Assembly: GCF_963676685.1 (NCBI RefSeq)
Contig: NC_092353.1
Span: 38,502,001-38,566,000 of the forward strand
Direction: 5' to 3'
Length of the DNA stretch: 64,000 nt
Source of the DNA: Mytilus edulis
Lineage: Eukaryota
The first letter of the stretch is position 1. The number at the start of each line of letters is the position of its first letter. Under the pieces are notes generated by a model. That model did no database searches and was not told the origin of the DNA. It worked only from the letters and a program-made list of their open reading frames with translations. Shown here piece after piece: positions 1 through 14,400 of this stretch. Made by a program: the position numbers and the translations under genes.

Positions 1-196
1 AAACAATTTGACCAAAATAATATAGTTTACTATTATAGCCTTGCAGCATTATTTAAAGTGCATGTTTTATCAAAATATTTAAAAAAAACCTGAATAAATC
101 ATAAATCATTTAAAATCTTGTTCATTCAATCAGTGAAATATAACTTACATATAAATACTAGAGAGAATTAAATGAATGAAAGACAATGTGTGGTAA

Positions 197-1482
197 GGCC
201 ACACCAATTTGATTCCTTGTTCGACGGACCCGCCCGCACCTATTTTTTTCAAAACAGAATTTTTTTATTTTTTTTATATTCCCGCTTCCCGCATCCGGAA
301 ATGTAATCATGTCTATTTCCCGCACCGTTTTTTTTGTGAATATTATAAAAAGATATCAACATTGGTTTCTTTCCCCCTTACTTACATTCCCTATCAAAAA
401 TGTTCGTTGGTAGAATAAAGTACAAAGGCTTTAAGAACTTCTGAAGGATTTGCCTTCAACTGTAATTATATTGTATGCTGTCAAAACAAAACTATCTATA
501 GCCGCTGCATGTTTATGCACCTGTCCTGGTTGATTCAGGGGCCTGTCGTTCAGCAGTTATCGTTTGTCGATGTTGTTCATAATTTGGTATTTTCCCGTTT
601 GGATATATAAATTAGATCGTTGGTTTTCCTGTTCGAATTGTGTACGCTAATAATTTTGGGATCCTTTATAGCTTGCTGTTTGGTCTGTATCAAAGCCCTG
701 TGTAAAAGGCCGTACTTTGACCTGTGTTTGTTATTGACAGGTTGAGAACAACCCTCCCTCAGACAAGGGGTCATTTTACTGATGACTGATGTAGAAAAGA
801 ATATAGAAATACCAAGGATTTGTATAGTTCTTCTATACAAAACCTTTGAAAACTTAGAATTTTGTACTCAAAAAGAGGAGAGTTACATCATATTTTAAAC
901 AACTTTTTCTAAAAAAGAGGGGTCCACTTATTTTGAATAATATTTAACTGTTAAAATAAATGTGTTAATTTAACATGGTTAAAGTCCAGGAATATTACAA
1001 AATTCTTGGACATGTTTTGACCATTTAATACTAGATAGATATATAGTTCTTTGAGAAAATATGAGCCCTTTTGTACAAACAAAATATATTATAACTTATA
1101 TTGATCCCTCATAAAACATGTAAAAGGGATATTTATAACATTAAGGGGTTGCCCCCAAACTGATTATGACTTGGATGGAGAATTGTCTCATTGTCAGTCA
1201 CACATACCTAGACCAGATTTAATTATTTCTTGGTGAACAGGGAAAAAATACTTCAGAAATTAAAAAATGTCAAAGTACAAGTTATAAATCAAGTTTTATT
1301 ATTGTCAAAACCTACTATTTTAAGTTTACAAAAAAAAAATATAGTCGCTCGCCTTTACTTTTCAAGCTTCGCCTCAAAAATTTTCAAATTAAATATTTTT
1401 TATTAAAATTTTCAAATCGCTCGCTCGCCCCAAATTTTGGAGTCCAAAAATCCGTAGAACAAGAAATTAAATTGGTGTGGCC
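197..1482. mobile_element. PIF/Harbinger-type non-autonomous DNA transposon
   Basis: ~32-bp imperfect TIR GGCCACACCAATTT.ATT.CTTGTTC.ACGGA; TAA TSD at 194-196 and 1483-1485. Confidence 0.85.
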
Positions 1483-2203
1483 TAAACATCAATGTGACAG
1501 CCACCTAAAAACAAGAAATTACTTGAATCTGGAATAATTTTGAATTTTGAAAAATCATTTAGAAATGTATGGTGAAAACTAACCAAACTTAATAAGGTTA
1601 GCCATGCATCATGCCTAAGGTGAATTTTACTTTCACTTATATTTCAGTTTGAACTAACTAATCCCATTAGCCATGCATGGCTAACACTATTTAGTTGTGG
1701 TAGTTTTCTTTTGGTTTTTTTTCGTGAGGGGGTTGAGGAAGGGTTGGTATCCACAGATCAAACTACTGAATTAAAGAACATTACTGGGTATATGAGAAAT
1801 GAATCCAATGACAAAACATCTACATAAAAAAAAAAAGATCTGTATAATATGCTAAACAGTTCAGAGTGTAAATAATTGTGCATTTATATGTGATTAATTC
1901 ATTCTTCTGTCTTTTACTCGTAACAGTAAATAAGATATGGTGTATCCATCCGTGACACAAAATCATTACATTCACAGCTACGAAAAACACACACAAAAAG
2001 AAAAGGAACAGGGCTTTTATTGCTGTTTTTCATCTCAAGGTCACATTAAGTCCTTCAACATGCTGAAATCATATCAGTTTCTGAAATCCATCTGCAGAAA
2101 TTCATTATATAGATCTATTGATATTTCTTGGAGCATGATATTTTTATTTGTTAGAAAAGTGAAAATTTTAAGACATCTTAATATTATTATTGGAATATTT
2201 CAG

Positions 2204-2461
2204 GACCGAAGCCACCTGATTGTCCTTTAAACAAAAATAATTACAATGCACCAAATATTACCATCACATGGACCAAGCCTGGTGTAGAAGTAGAAGGATA
2301 TTTGGTTCAATTTGATGTTCAGCCTTCTTTCAATGTCACATCAGAAATGGCTGAAATTCCAAATCTTGTTCCAGGAAGGAATTATACCTTAACGCTGAAT
2401 ACTTATGCTTATAATATGACTAGTGATAACAGAACATGTTACATTAGGACAGAATCAGAAG
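2204..2461 (+). CDS. RPTP exon: complete FN3 repeat (PKPPDC...ITITWTKP...GYLVQ...[12 protein letters not shown]...RTESE)
   Basis: tttcag acceptor, G|gtattg donor, phase 1-1; FN3 W/Y/LxPGxxY pattern. Confidence 0.88.
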
Positions 2462-5400
2462 GTATTGTGTTTTTGATTTCAATGCTACATGTACTACTTA
2501 CACACTGATGGTCAGATATGTTAGTTATTTTTTAGTGCCCTTTGATACAAATAAAAGAATTTATGAGGTTTACCGTATGTGACAGCAAGTCAACAATACG
2601 AATTACCAAATTTCAAATTACTGTGGATTCATTGATTTTCATCAAGACCAAATTATATGGGTTTGAGGAAAACTTGTATTTTTGTGGATATGTTAATTTG
2701 TTGTTTTGCAAAAGTCTGTATATATACCTATAATAAATATGTTTTACGTTGAACTTTTCAATTTGTGGTTTAACTAATGCAAGGAAATCCAGAAAAATTG
2801 GTATCCCACATGAAATAATAATGAATAGGGGAGGGTTTTTTTACATGTCGCACCATATCTCATAAACAATCTATGATTATTGCTTAAAACTTTACACATG
2901 TCTTTGTTGAATTAATCTTAAGATTTGTATACTTTTTGGTGATGATTCAAAATTTCATTTTTGAGTTATTGAGTATTTTGTAAAAAAGGGGGAGGTTTTT
3001 TTTTCCATGTTGTGCCGTATCTCAAAAACAATTTATGATTATTGCTTAAAACTTTACACACTTCTTTGTTATATTAATCTAAAGATCTGTATACTTTTTG
3101 TTGATGATTCAAAACTTTATTTTGGAGTTATTGAGTATTTTGTTAAACAGGGGAGGTTTTTTTTAACATGTCGCGCCGTATCTCAAAAATAATTTATGAT
3201 TATTGCTTAAAACTTTACACACTTCTTTGTTATATTAATCTAAAGATCTGTATACTTTTTGGTTTTGATTCAAAATTTTATTTTAGTGATATTTAGTTTT
3301 TCGAAAAAAAAAAAAAACAGGGTTAGGGGTTTCACATGTCCCGCCGTGTCTCAAAAACAATATATGGTTATTGCTTAAAACTTTCTCAGAAACTATTAAT
3401 GATTATTGCATAAAACTTCCACACAAGACGTCAGGCGTATCATGCGCTCATGGCGCAGCTGTTTATTAAATTATAAAAAATCTAGAGCAATTATTTTAGA
3501 CAATAGATAAGAATAACTTGATAGAGCAAACACCTTAACAAACAACAGCAAAATATTGTGCTGCTAACAGAAAAAGTATCTACCATATTAATATCTAAAA
3601 ACTAAGTTAAAAGGATGAATTTGAATTTAAGGAGATGTGGTATATGATGTGCCAATGAGACAACTATCTACCACAGTTCAAATGAAGTGGATGTTAGCAA
3701 TTATAGGCAACTGTACCACCTTCAACAATTTAAAAAAAGTTAGAAACAAAACCATACTACATGTATAGTTGTGACTTGATAATGTTCATCAGTATCCCTA
3801 ATACAGCAACAAGGTGCTTCTTGAAATCTATATAATATTTCAGTGCCTGATCCTCCAAAAAATGTTACAATAGCTGGAACATTGGGTAAAGATAACTTTA
3901 ACATAAGTATCACTGCACCTGATGAACTAAGAGGAGACATTGCTGGTTACAGAATATTCATTTATGGGAAAAGTTATATGGACGAGAAATTTGCATACAG
4001 GAATTCTATTATAATCACTGACACTATGGACAACATTTATCATGTTACTGGCTTACAAGCAGGTAAGGAATGAAAGAACTGCATTCAAATATATACTATT
4101 TATTCCAAAATTAATGTGATTTTTGAAGAGTGGATAAAACTAATTAATTTAATAATCTGCACACAAATTTATCTATCAGATATTAGAATGTAACTTTTTA
4201 TTAATGAGATACTCACCAATTCATTATTCGCTTTTATAAAGATCTTGCAATAATTTCTGAATTAACAGTACTCAATCATTTTAATATAATTGTACAACAT
4301 TTTTTAACATAGAATAAACTAAAGATATGGTATATTAACTTTGAAACTTAAGAAATAATTGATGCAAACTATACTTGATGGTAGTTTTAACATGGGCGAT
4401 AGTGAGGTATAAAATAACACAATTATAATGCCTACCCATGTTAAAACTACAATAAAGTATAGCTTGCATCAATTATTTCGATTCTGAATAGGACAAGTAA
4501 GGTAATTTCTATGTCTGATAAGTATAAGTGTAAAAGCGTTTGTGTAGGCTTCTCCATGAACCTCCCTGTTATGGTTTATAAAGAAACAAACGGCTGGCAC
4601 TGTGATTTTTCAGAGGGAGGAGTTTGAACAGCCAGCATGAACGGTTGTCGTATCTAGGTCAAATATGTCAATTTTGGGATGCAACACAAATACAGTCATA
4701 ATATAAATGAATTAGTAACATCATGTGCACCATTTAAGAGTTTGAAAGTGTTTTAAAGTTAAGGAAATATATTAAGTGCATGATAAATTGATAAAATTAT
4801 TATTCTGAAGAAGTCAACATACGCATGTGCAAACAAATTTTATTGGATTTAGAGCATGGGTTTGTTCATGTCATATTAGGAATTTGATTAGTTTACATGC
4901 ATTAGTTTAAATTATCATGCTTTATAATGATTAGGTCAGTTCAAGGGGAACCATTCCTGGTAGGCCAATTTTAATTAGTATGCAGTTTTAATTGTATTTA
5001 GCACATTCTATTCAGATGAAGAATATTTGGCCCTGTCCTCTCAGTTATAGTCTATTGACTTTAAAACTTTTGCTAGGTTAACATACATATTAGTTTGTAA
5101 TTACATCAGTTTAAGATGAACAGCTTATGTTATTAAAGTCAATGATATTTGGTATGCAAATTTATTGGGATTTATAAGTTTCTTTTCCATGGAGTATTAT
5201 TATATAAAGCCCTACCCCTCATCATGGTTCACCTGACCTTGACCTCATTTTTATGGTTCATTTGTCAATATAATCTTTTCATGGTTTGGTCTGTTTCTTA
5301 TATGCTAAGAGAAATAGGTCACTCACGGTATTCAGTGTATGGAATGATTGTAAGGTGTACTTGTCTTTCTTGCTTTGTTTATCTGACTTTGACCTCATTT

Positions 5401-8400
5401 TCTCGGATCATGTTAAGTTTATTTGATACTTGTACTTAAACTTTATATTTAGGACTATCAACATAAAATCAATTGTCAGTAAGCAGATGAGATTCAGCCT
5501 GTGCATGCACTCTTGTTAGTTATTGTACAACTTATAAAATCATTAGATTTTATCAAATGGTCACTTGAACAAGAACCATTCTTTATGATAGTATATTATT
5601 TTATCATGAGTTTCACAGTTGTGGCTGAAGGCATATGGTAAAGGAACGCTAATCATTCAAAAGCTTTGAAGTTTCATGACATTATGGGTAACTGCTTGTA
5701 CAAAGTTTTACAGTTTATAATATGTTGAACAGCTAAAATAGACTAAAAAAAATGTATATATAAAGATAGATGTTTTACGGCCTGAAGTTCGTCATTAACT
5801 CCTCATACATTGCAATGACAATCATGACAATAGAATATCTTTAACGTCACTAATGATAAAAATCTTAACATATTATGGGATAGTCACCTCTATAAATGCT
5901 ATTATGTCTACCAGATAGGAATACTTTGCTCTATCTTGCCTCCAGACTAAGATGGCGTTAGCATTAAAACCCAAGGAAAAGGTCTGACAAGTATAGTTTA
6001 TCTACTGTAAACCAACTAATTTACACCACTTTTGCAAGTTAAATAATGCAGCTAATATAACTTAATAGTCTTGAATTATGACTAAAAGCAGTTTTTTTTT
6101 CCTTTTATCTAGATCAATCAAATTTTAAAATCACGAAAATAAACTGCTGCAAAATGGACCAGGAAAAGCTAAAGGCAAAATAAAGATTCTGCAAAATTAA
6201 GTTGGTTTACAGTATTTTGTATTGTATGAAACATTTTTAATGACATAAATTTTTATTGTTTGATACCCCCCAAGGGTGACTGGGGAATAGAAATATGGTC
6301 ACTTGGTCTTCTCGCGACCGAAAAACGCTTGCAGAAGTGGGGCGTCTGTTTGGCTATGCGGGATGTAACAAGTTCGCAGTCACGTCTTTTCAGAATGGGG
6401 ACGTTAAATCCAATGCCTCATGTAAAGAGAGTGCCACACTCTTTGCACGTTAAGAACCCTTGCTACAACTCTTTTAGGGGTCCGTAGGTGGCTTGTTGCA
6501 AGGCAAAATTTCTGTCCCTATCCAATACACCCTCATTTTCCAGTGGCAGTTCAAATTTCCACAACCATCATCCCAGATGGCCTCTACAAGACCTTCCTAT
6601 TGTATTCATTTTGAACTTGTTCTTGTCCTGAATATGCATGAAATATTTGCCACTGGACATTAAGCAACCAACAATCAATCAATCAATATTGTTTGATATT
6701 TGATTATCTATATAACTGTCTGTAGAAATCAATTAAACTTGACTACTGCATTTTATGAGCATGATAAACAATCGTTTCTTTTCAATTTTTTCAGGAACTT
6801 TTTACAACATACAAGTTTACACAGTCAATGATGAATTTAATAGCAGTGACAGTTTCAACTTAACTGGTATTATTAGAACAGCACAAAATGGCAAGTATCT
6901 CAAAGATTTAGCTTGAAATTTTACAGAATGAATTTTATATGGCTGAAAAAAATAAATATAGTCATTTTATCATATGAATATATTGGATGGCTGTAATGTC
7001 AAGTGTTAAAATAAATGAATGCTTAGTGGAGAAGCTGAAAATACCAATTTTAAAGTCTTTGGTAAAATAATGATAGGTTAGAAATCTCAAGACTTTTCAT
7101 TACTGAGGCAAACCTGAGACCTTTCCTTAGTGAAGGGAATCTCTGGTGTTGCTGGAACGGGTGATAATAAGCTCCCTTTTGATGCTGTTTAAGGACTGTT
7201 GAAAATAACATCTACTTTGACACTGTAGTTAGCACTGTTAACAATAAACTCCTTTCTGATAAAAATCTATTGTTGGGACTGTTAATAATAAACTCCCTTT
7301 TGATAAAAATCTGTTGTTGCATGGGACTGTTAATAATAAACTCCCTTTTGATGCTGTTGTCTGGACTGTTAATAATAATCTGCCTTCTGATGCTGTTGTT
7401 GGGACTGTTAATAATAATCTGCCTTCTAATGCTGTTGTTGGGACTGTTAATAATAATCTGCCTTATGATGCTGTTGTTGGGACTGTTAATAATAAACTCC
7501 CTTTTGATGCTGTTGTCGATATCAGACCTGCCAACTTTCCCGATTTTCACGGTATCATCCTGATTTTTATCCCTCATCCTGAATCGCGATATCGGATCGT
7601 AAAACTAGTCAAAATCCTGATTTTCATCAAATATACCCGAAAAATTATTGTTTACCGATTTTGAAGTTTTTCTGATCAATTTTAAAAAATCTTTAATTTT
7701 ACATGGTACATATGACAAGTTAACGACCCTACGCTAATCAACAGTCAAAACAGGTGTCATAATTAGTGGTTGTATGTAATCAGATTACCTAATGGGTCGT
7801 AACAGTCCTCAAAATTAATTTGTATACACAAATTTGGTCAAACAGCCTTTCAATTTTATTCAATTTATCATGCAAGCACAATTTGCAACATTTGCCGTAG
7901 TTCCACAACAAAATCATAATTAATTGAAAGATGAGAATTGTAATGAACTCTCAAGAAAACAGCGTTTATCTTGAAATCCGTTTAATTTTTGAAACCAGAC
8001 GTCGTGTGTCTGTTGATTTAAAATCAACGCCATTTTGTATTCACTTTTACTGTGTTACTGTATAAGCCTCCGCTCGTAAGAGCACCTCTGAATACAAGGA
8101 AAGATAACTCAAATTTTAGTTTTAGGTCTTTTGAGTCAAGGTTCATAGATAAGAAGGTCTGTGGAGGGGGAAAAGGGGGTCTCTACTTTGAATCCTTTAT
8201 TTTTAATGCCATTTTTCTCTATTCTTCAGTTATTTTGCCAATTTTATAATTTAATAGTACAAGAATCAGGCAAATAAAAGAAATCAAGGACTACAAGCTC
8301 ATCATTAGTATACCAAAAGAAAAAAGAAGAGAACTTAGACTATTTTAGGAGTAAAAAACAATGCACACAGAAAAGTCGCTAAAATTGTAACCCTTAAAAA

Positions 8401-11400
8401 TCTGGTGGCGCGCTAAATCCCCCATGGAGATTTTCAAAAGTTGGCAGGTCTGCGATATACAAAAGATGATTTGGTATGATTGCCAATAAGATAACTCTTC
8501 ATAAGAGACCAAAAGACTTAAAAACCAACAAGTATAGGTCTTTACCTATCCTTCAACAATGAGCAAAGCCAACATGGCACAGTCAGCCATAAAAGGCCTT
8601 AAAATGACCAGTGTAACAATTCTAGCAAGAAAATTAACAGCTTAATTTACTATAAAACATTAACAAACAAAAACATGCAAGACAGCAAAAAATGACAACC
8701 GCTGATTCACAGGCTCTGGACCTTGGACAGGGACTCGCAGAATGTGGTGGGAATAAATATGGCAGCCTGCCATGATGATTTTCCAGTGAGATTTATCTTT
8801 CAAGAGTTACAGAACATGAAATGCTTTCCATATTATGCTTATACATTTCAATTTTTTTTGTCAAGAAAATTGACATATAGCAATTTTTTTAATTAGATAT
8901 ATTATATATTTACTTAATTTAGGTAAATGTATATGACTATTTCTATTTTTGTCCTTGAAATGAAATCACTTCAGCTTCTTTATTTAAAAACTTACATATA
9001 TTTCATTTTAGTTCCGGAGAATATAACCAAATTTACATCAATCCCTTCGAATGAAAGTTTTAAAATAACGTTTGAAAGGCCAAATGTACCCAATGGTGAT
9101 ATTATTGGTTATAGAATACGTGTATCAGAAGATAAGGATTGTATAAAGGAATTTTATCTACAGAACACAAGTGTAAGTATTTGTATATAGCCATGCTGGA
9201 TCTATGCAATCACTCTGGTTTTGGATATGTTGCAGAATATTAAGTTGAAGACATATCATGAAACTAATTATGTGTTTTTATGACATGAAGAAAGTTTCTA
9301 CACCATTTTAATCATCAACAGCAAACAAACAGCAAACAAATAAAATTTTGTTTATTCTACATTTATATATCCCATTAAATTGGAAATACCTCAGCATTAG
9401 GTATTTATACATATAAGTTTAAAGACAGGAAATGTATTTTTATTTATTAAATGAAGAATGATCACTAATTTAATTAACAAATAGTTATTATATTTTTTAT
9501 TTTTGTTGTTGAGAAAGTGCATTTCTAAGGCCTGTTTCTGGAAATTATTAAGACAATTTTTAATAATTAAGGGAATTTAAAAAAATATATTACTTGACGA
9601 TTTCCCTTTCTGTTCCTGTGTCAACTTTAAAAAAGCTGGCAGAGTCTAGAATTGAAATATCAGTATATTATATCAATATTTGCATCAATATTGTGAAGTT
9701 CCCATCCTTTGGACAATAACATAGATATTTTACAATAAGATTGGAAAAGAGTAAAATATTGAAAAACTAATAGGATCGGAAAGAATATCAATCTAGCTAT
9801 AATATGGCTGGATCACAAATTTGGTAATGCTTTGATTTTAACTTATTCAGTACAGATTATAAAATGGTGAATGCAATAAACAATATCTTTATTTAATATG
9901 GATTGATGATGCTCCTTATAGTGAAGAAGACTTTTGATATTGAGGTCAATGGGTTAATGTTGAAGGTCATAACAACAATTGATAAATCATAATTTGGGCA
10001 AAATAACTTTTTCTGGATGATATCTTTCAAAACATGTCCATAAGGATGTACAAAAAAAGTGCATTGGTCATAACATTCTTAATATTCTATATTTTTTAGA
10101 AATTTATTAATGAAAACATAAGCTCAGATTTACAAGTCACTACCTAATATATTATACTTGTCAAGGAAATTGCATAACTTTTGAAAGGTGCAGGAATTTA
10201 GTATCAATGATGTTTGACATGGTTAAAGTCATCTCTAGAGTTAACTTTCTTTTTGCAGAATTGTAGTGAAATTCATTCTGCTTCCCATCAGTTCTTTTCA
10301 ACTTACTGCATTTCAATAATGCTTCAGTCAGCAGTCATTGTTTGTTACAAATTAATAAATCTATAAAAAGATGTTTTTTTTTTCCCCAGTTTTCTCCATC
10401 AGACACATGTTCTTCTCCTGCAACAAACAGTTCAATCACATTAAATCAAGAAGAGATGGTATTGGAAGTCACAGCTTTGGAACCCTCAATTGACTACATA
10501 GTAAAGATTTGGGCCTACACTTCAGTGGGTGAAGGGAGCCCCTTCACTGTAACTGTAATGACTGGTATTTCAGGTTTGTATCATATACTATATTTTTTAA
10601 ATACCTTAGTGCTTTACATTATCTCATCATGTGTTCAGGGTATGATATAGTTATATAGTATATATATATAGTGTTACATCAGTTTTGATTCAATGATGTT
10701 TGCTATCAATTTAAAGATTGACAGTTAGATTCATTGGCAACAATCATACTATAAACAATATGGGAATTTCAATTTTAGAAGTGGTGAGAATAGTTTGAAA
10801 CATTTGCTGATTCTGTTTTTATCTCAAGTTCTTACAGATTTTATTCTTTTATAATTTAGCACCATACAAGCCAGGAAATGTTAAAGCAGTAGGTAAAACA
10901 CAGTCTGTCTTGGTGACATGGACCAAGCCAGACAAGAGAACTGGAAAGACCTCCTACATTGTAGAAGCTTTTGATTTTCTTGATAGCAGTTATGTTGCTG
11001 GAAGAAATTGTAGTACACCAAGTAAGACATATTTACTTTAATAATCAGATAAAAACATTGTTGAATCTGCTGAAATTGTACATACTGTAAATTATTGCAA
11101 CTTTTTTTATTATTAGGAATAATGCCACTTGTTCGAAGTATCATAATAATAAAAACTTATACATTTTGATTATGTATGCAATTTTACACAAAATCACAAT
11201 ACAATACGAATTAGCTAACTTTTATATGAATGGTCATTTAGCAGATTTCATTACATTATTTGAGTTCATAGAACCAAGAATTAAATCATTTTCTCCTAAC
11301 TTATAGCATTTACAGCAACTTCATGTATAGTGCCAAATTTAGAAGACTTTTGGAGATACAGATTTCAAGTTACAGCAAAAGTTGGGAACTGGACAAACAC

Positions 11401-14400
11401 ATCTGATAAAACCGCTGTGATAACAACTTTGGCAGGCAGTAAGTTTGTATTTGTTGCAGAAGACATAGCCTTAATTAGCATGATGCAAATTTATCAAGTA
11501 TCATTAATTCAAAACTTTATACACATGTTTTAAAAAATATTTGTAATTGATAATTAGTGATGACTGAAAAGGATGTATTTTAAAAAATAGATTGCAAACA
11601 AATTAATAAGAAATAATTGAAGACCTAAAAAAGGGTAATTATTTGCTTACATGATTTAGTTATAATAAAAGCTCTTAAAGATTGAAAAACTAGAAATCTT
11701 TTAAAAATTTATCAAATCAATTGAAATAGACACTTAAAAAGTTTTAAAAAGTGTCAAAAATTTTTCGTCAGATGAACTTAAAAATTTGAGGCCATAATCA
11801 GCCCTTAATTCCTTCATTTTACTCCTTTAGGACCAGGAAACATAGATCACAGGTGTCGAGACACAAAATATTAGAGATAAAATATATTTACAAACATTAC
11901 TTTAAAAGATCTTTTTTGTCGACATTTGCGCTATGTTTTCTGCCAAATAATCAATGGGAATTCACCCATTTTCATTGAATTTTTTGCGGAAAATAAAAAT
12001 GAGTACTTATTGTAAGGTCATGAATAAAAAGCAGGAATGTTGATTTTCAACAAAAAGGTTTACTGTAGTTTCATTTATTTTCATGGGTACCAATTTTCGT
12101 GGATAGAGGAAAACTTAGACATATATTCCTGGCTACATAGTTTCCTGGTTTTGGCAATGTCTGAACATATTCATTTAGAAAATTTGTATTTCGTTGAATA
12201 TTTAAATTTGTGGTTTCCCATGTAATCAAGGAAAAAGGGTATCCAAGGAACATTAATGAATCCACAGTTATACCTTTCTAGTCACTGTATGGGCTTTAAT
12301 TCATTTTGATATTGGTCAATCTAGCCTTATTTGAAATAAAAGCTAAGAAAGGGGGCCGTTTTTGGGCCTTATTGAGCCTACTCCTGTACCATTTCAGTCA
12401 GATCTTTTAGAGTTCATTAATGATGTTATATTCTTATTGATTAATACTGAATAACATTTTTTATGAATGGTATATTTCAGCACCAGGCAAGCCAGCAAGA
12501 TTTGTTGCATCACTTGAAAAAAAAGGATGCAAGGCCACTCTTTCTTGGTGGACTCCTGATCTCAAAGACAGAAATGCAAACATAGATATATATACAATAT
12601 TTATTGATTCAGATAGAGAGGTATGGAAGTTTATATTTTAATTGTAACATCTAGAGTCTATGCAGTGTTGTCCATCTCTGGTTATCCCTGATTAAGATGA
12701 AATATACTATAGCTAGTTTTACAACTGTAAATATACATGTGTTTACCAAAGGAGTAGGTCCAGTAAGACCCCTTTTTGGCCCCAAAATATAGCAGTTTTA
12801 CAAAATTGTTAAAATGTAAACTTTTAGTTATTCATTGGACAGTAGAATGCTTCTGCTACACAAATTTTGGCTGATTTTGACAAAACAATGCACATATATC
12901 GGGTACTAGCATCATTAAGTCATGCTAAATTACTGAAATCTTCACCATTCTAGCATTTTAGTTAAATTTTAGACGGTTTTCGTGTAAAACGAAAGTGGCC
13001 GCATTCGTGTTCATCCTTAATATTGAAATGTAAGTTGTATTTTTTGATAACATATAACATATATAAAGTTTGAGGATGAACACGGATGCGGCCACTTTCA
13101 TTTTTGACAAAAACCATCTGCAAAATTACATTTTTCGGCATATTTGGTAGATTTTTCATTTTTCAGCTTGAATCGGTGCGTTTTTTATGACTAAATCAGT
13201 TAAAATCTTTCACATAAACTAATCGATTCAAATTAAATAGACACTAAAGTGTTTAAAAAGTGGTCAAAATCTTTTGTCAGATGAACACGAAATTTGAGGC
13301 CAAAATCAGTCCTTACCGGACCTACTCCTTTCTTGTAATTGCATGAACAGAAACTCAATTTGATCCATTTTAGCTATTTTATTTCAATCTATAGGATTTC
13401 AAGAAACCTTATTCTGGGGTTATGTATTATACAAGACAGACTCCTTAAAAGTTTAATATCATAATGTGCAAGGTGAAAATCAAGGAAACTTGAAAAAAAA
13501 GTCCCAAAGTAGGAAAGAAAAAAATTCTACATGATAACACATTAGCAGATTTTCCTTTACATTCTTGTCAAAATCATTGAATTTCAAATGTTTCTAAAAA
13601 AAAAGATTTAAAAAAAATTGGACAGTTGCATCAATGGAAATACCAAAACAGTTTGCATCAATATTGCAGAATTCTTCATGTTTTTGCAATAGAATAAAAA
13701 CTTTATAGTGAGATTATGGAAATGAAGAAAACAAAATCATTTTTGAAAGTGAGGTCAGAAAAAATGTCTGACGAGCTAAAAAATTGGCTGAATCGCAACA
13801 ATCATGATGCTTTCATTATAGTTTGTTCTTAGTTTGTACGATTACACCACTGTGCCAGGTAAGGAAGATGTTTAAGGTGCCATCGAACATGTTTAACCCA
13901 CCACATTCTGTATATTCCTCCCAAATCAGGATTCTGTAGTTCATTCATGTATCGTTGGATCATGTATGTCATTTTTTTTTTCATAAATTGAATTGTAATA
14001 AATTAGGCCATTAGATTTCTCAATTGAAATGTTTCATATTTTTCATGTCAGAGCCTTTTATAGCTGACTTTACAATATGTCTTTTTCTTATTGTTGTAAG
14101 CATTAAGGGTTTTTATAATTGCTTACATCCACTTTAATTGGAAAGTTGTCTTATTGGCAACCATTTCACATCACCTTATTTTTATATAAACTCATTTATA
14201 TTTCAGACTTACACTGTCAATGATCATGATCCTTACAATAAGATGAACACACAGTTTTTCAAAACTTTTACATTTAGAAAGGAGACAACCATTACAATAT
14301 TGGTAAGAAAACTTTACCAAATTCAAACAGAAAGGTGAAAGTATACAATATTTAGGAAAGTCGTTGTTTGATTTGAAAGTGGAAATAACTTTTTCATAGA

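Noticed and set aside
7212-7664. Three overlapping 97-121 aa repetitive ORFs
   Set aside because: By-product of a 39-bp (multiple of 3) minisatellite in an intron.
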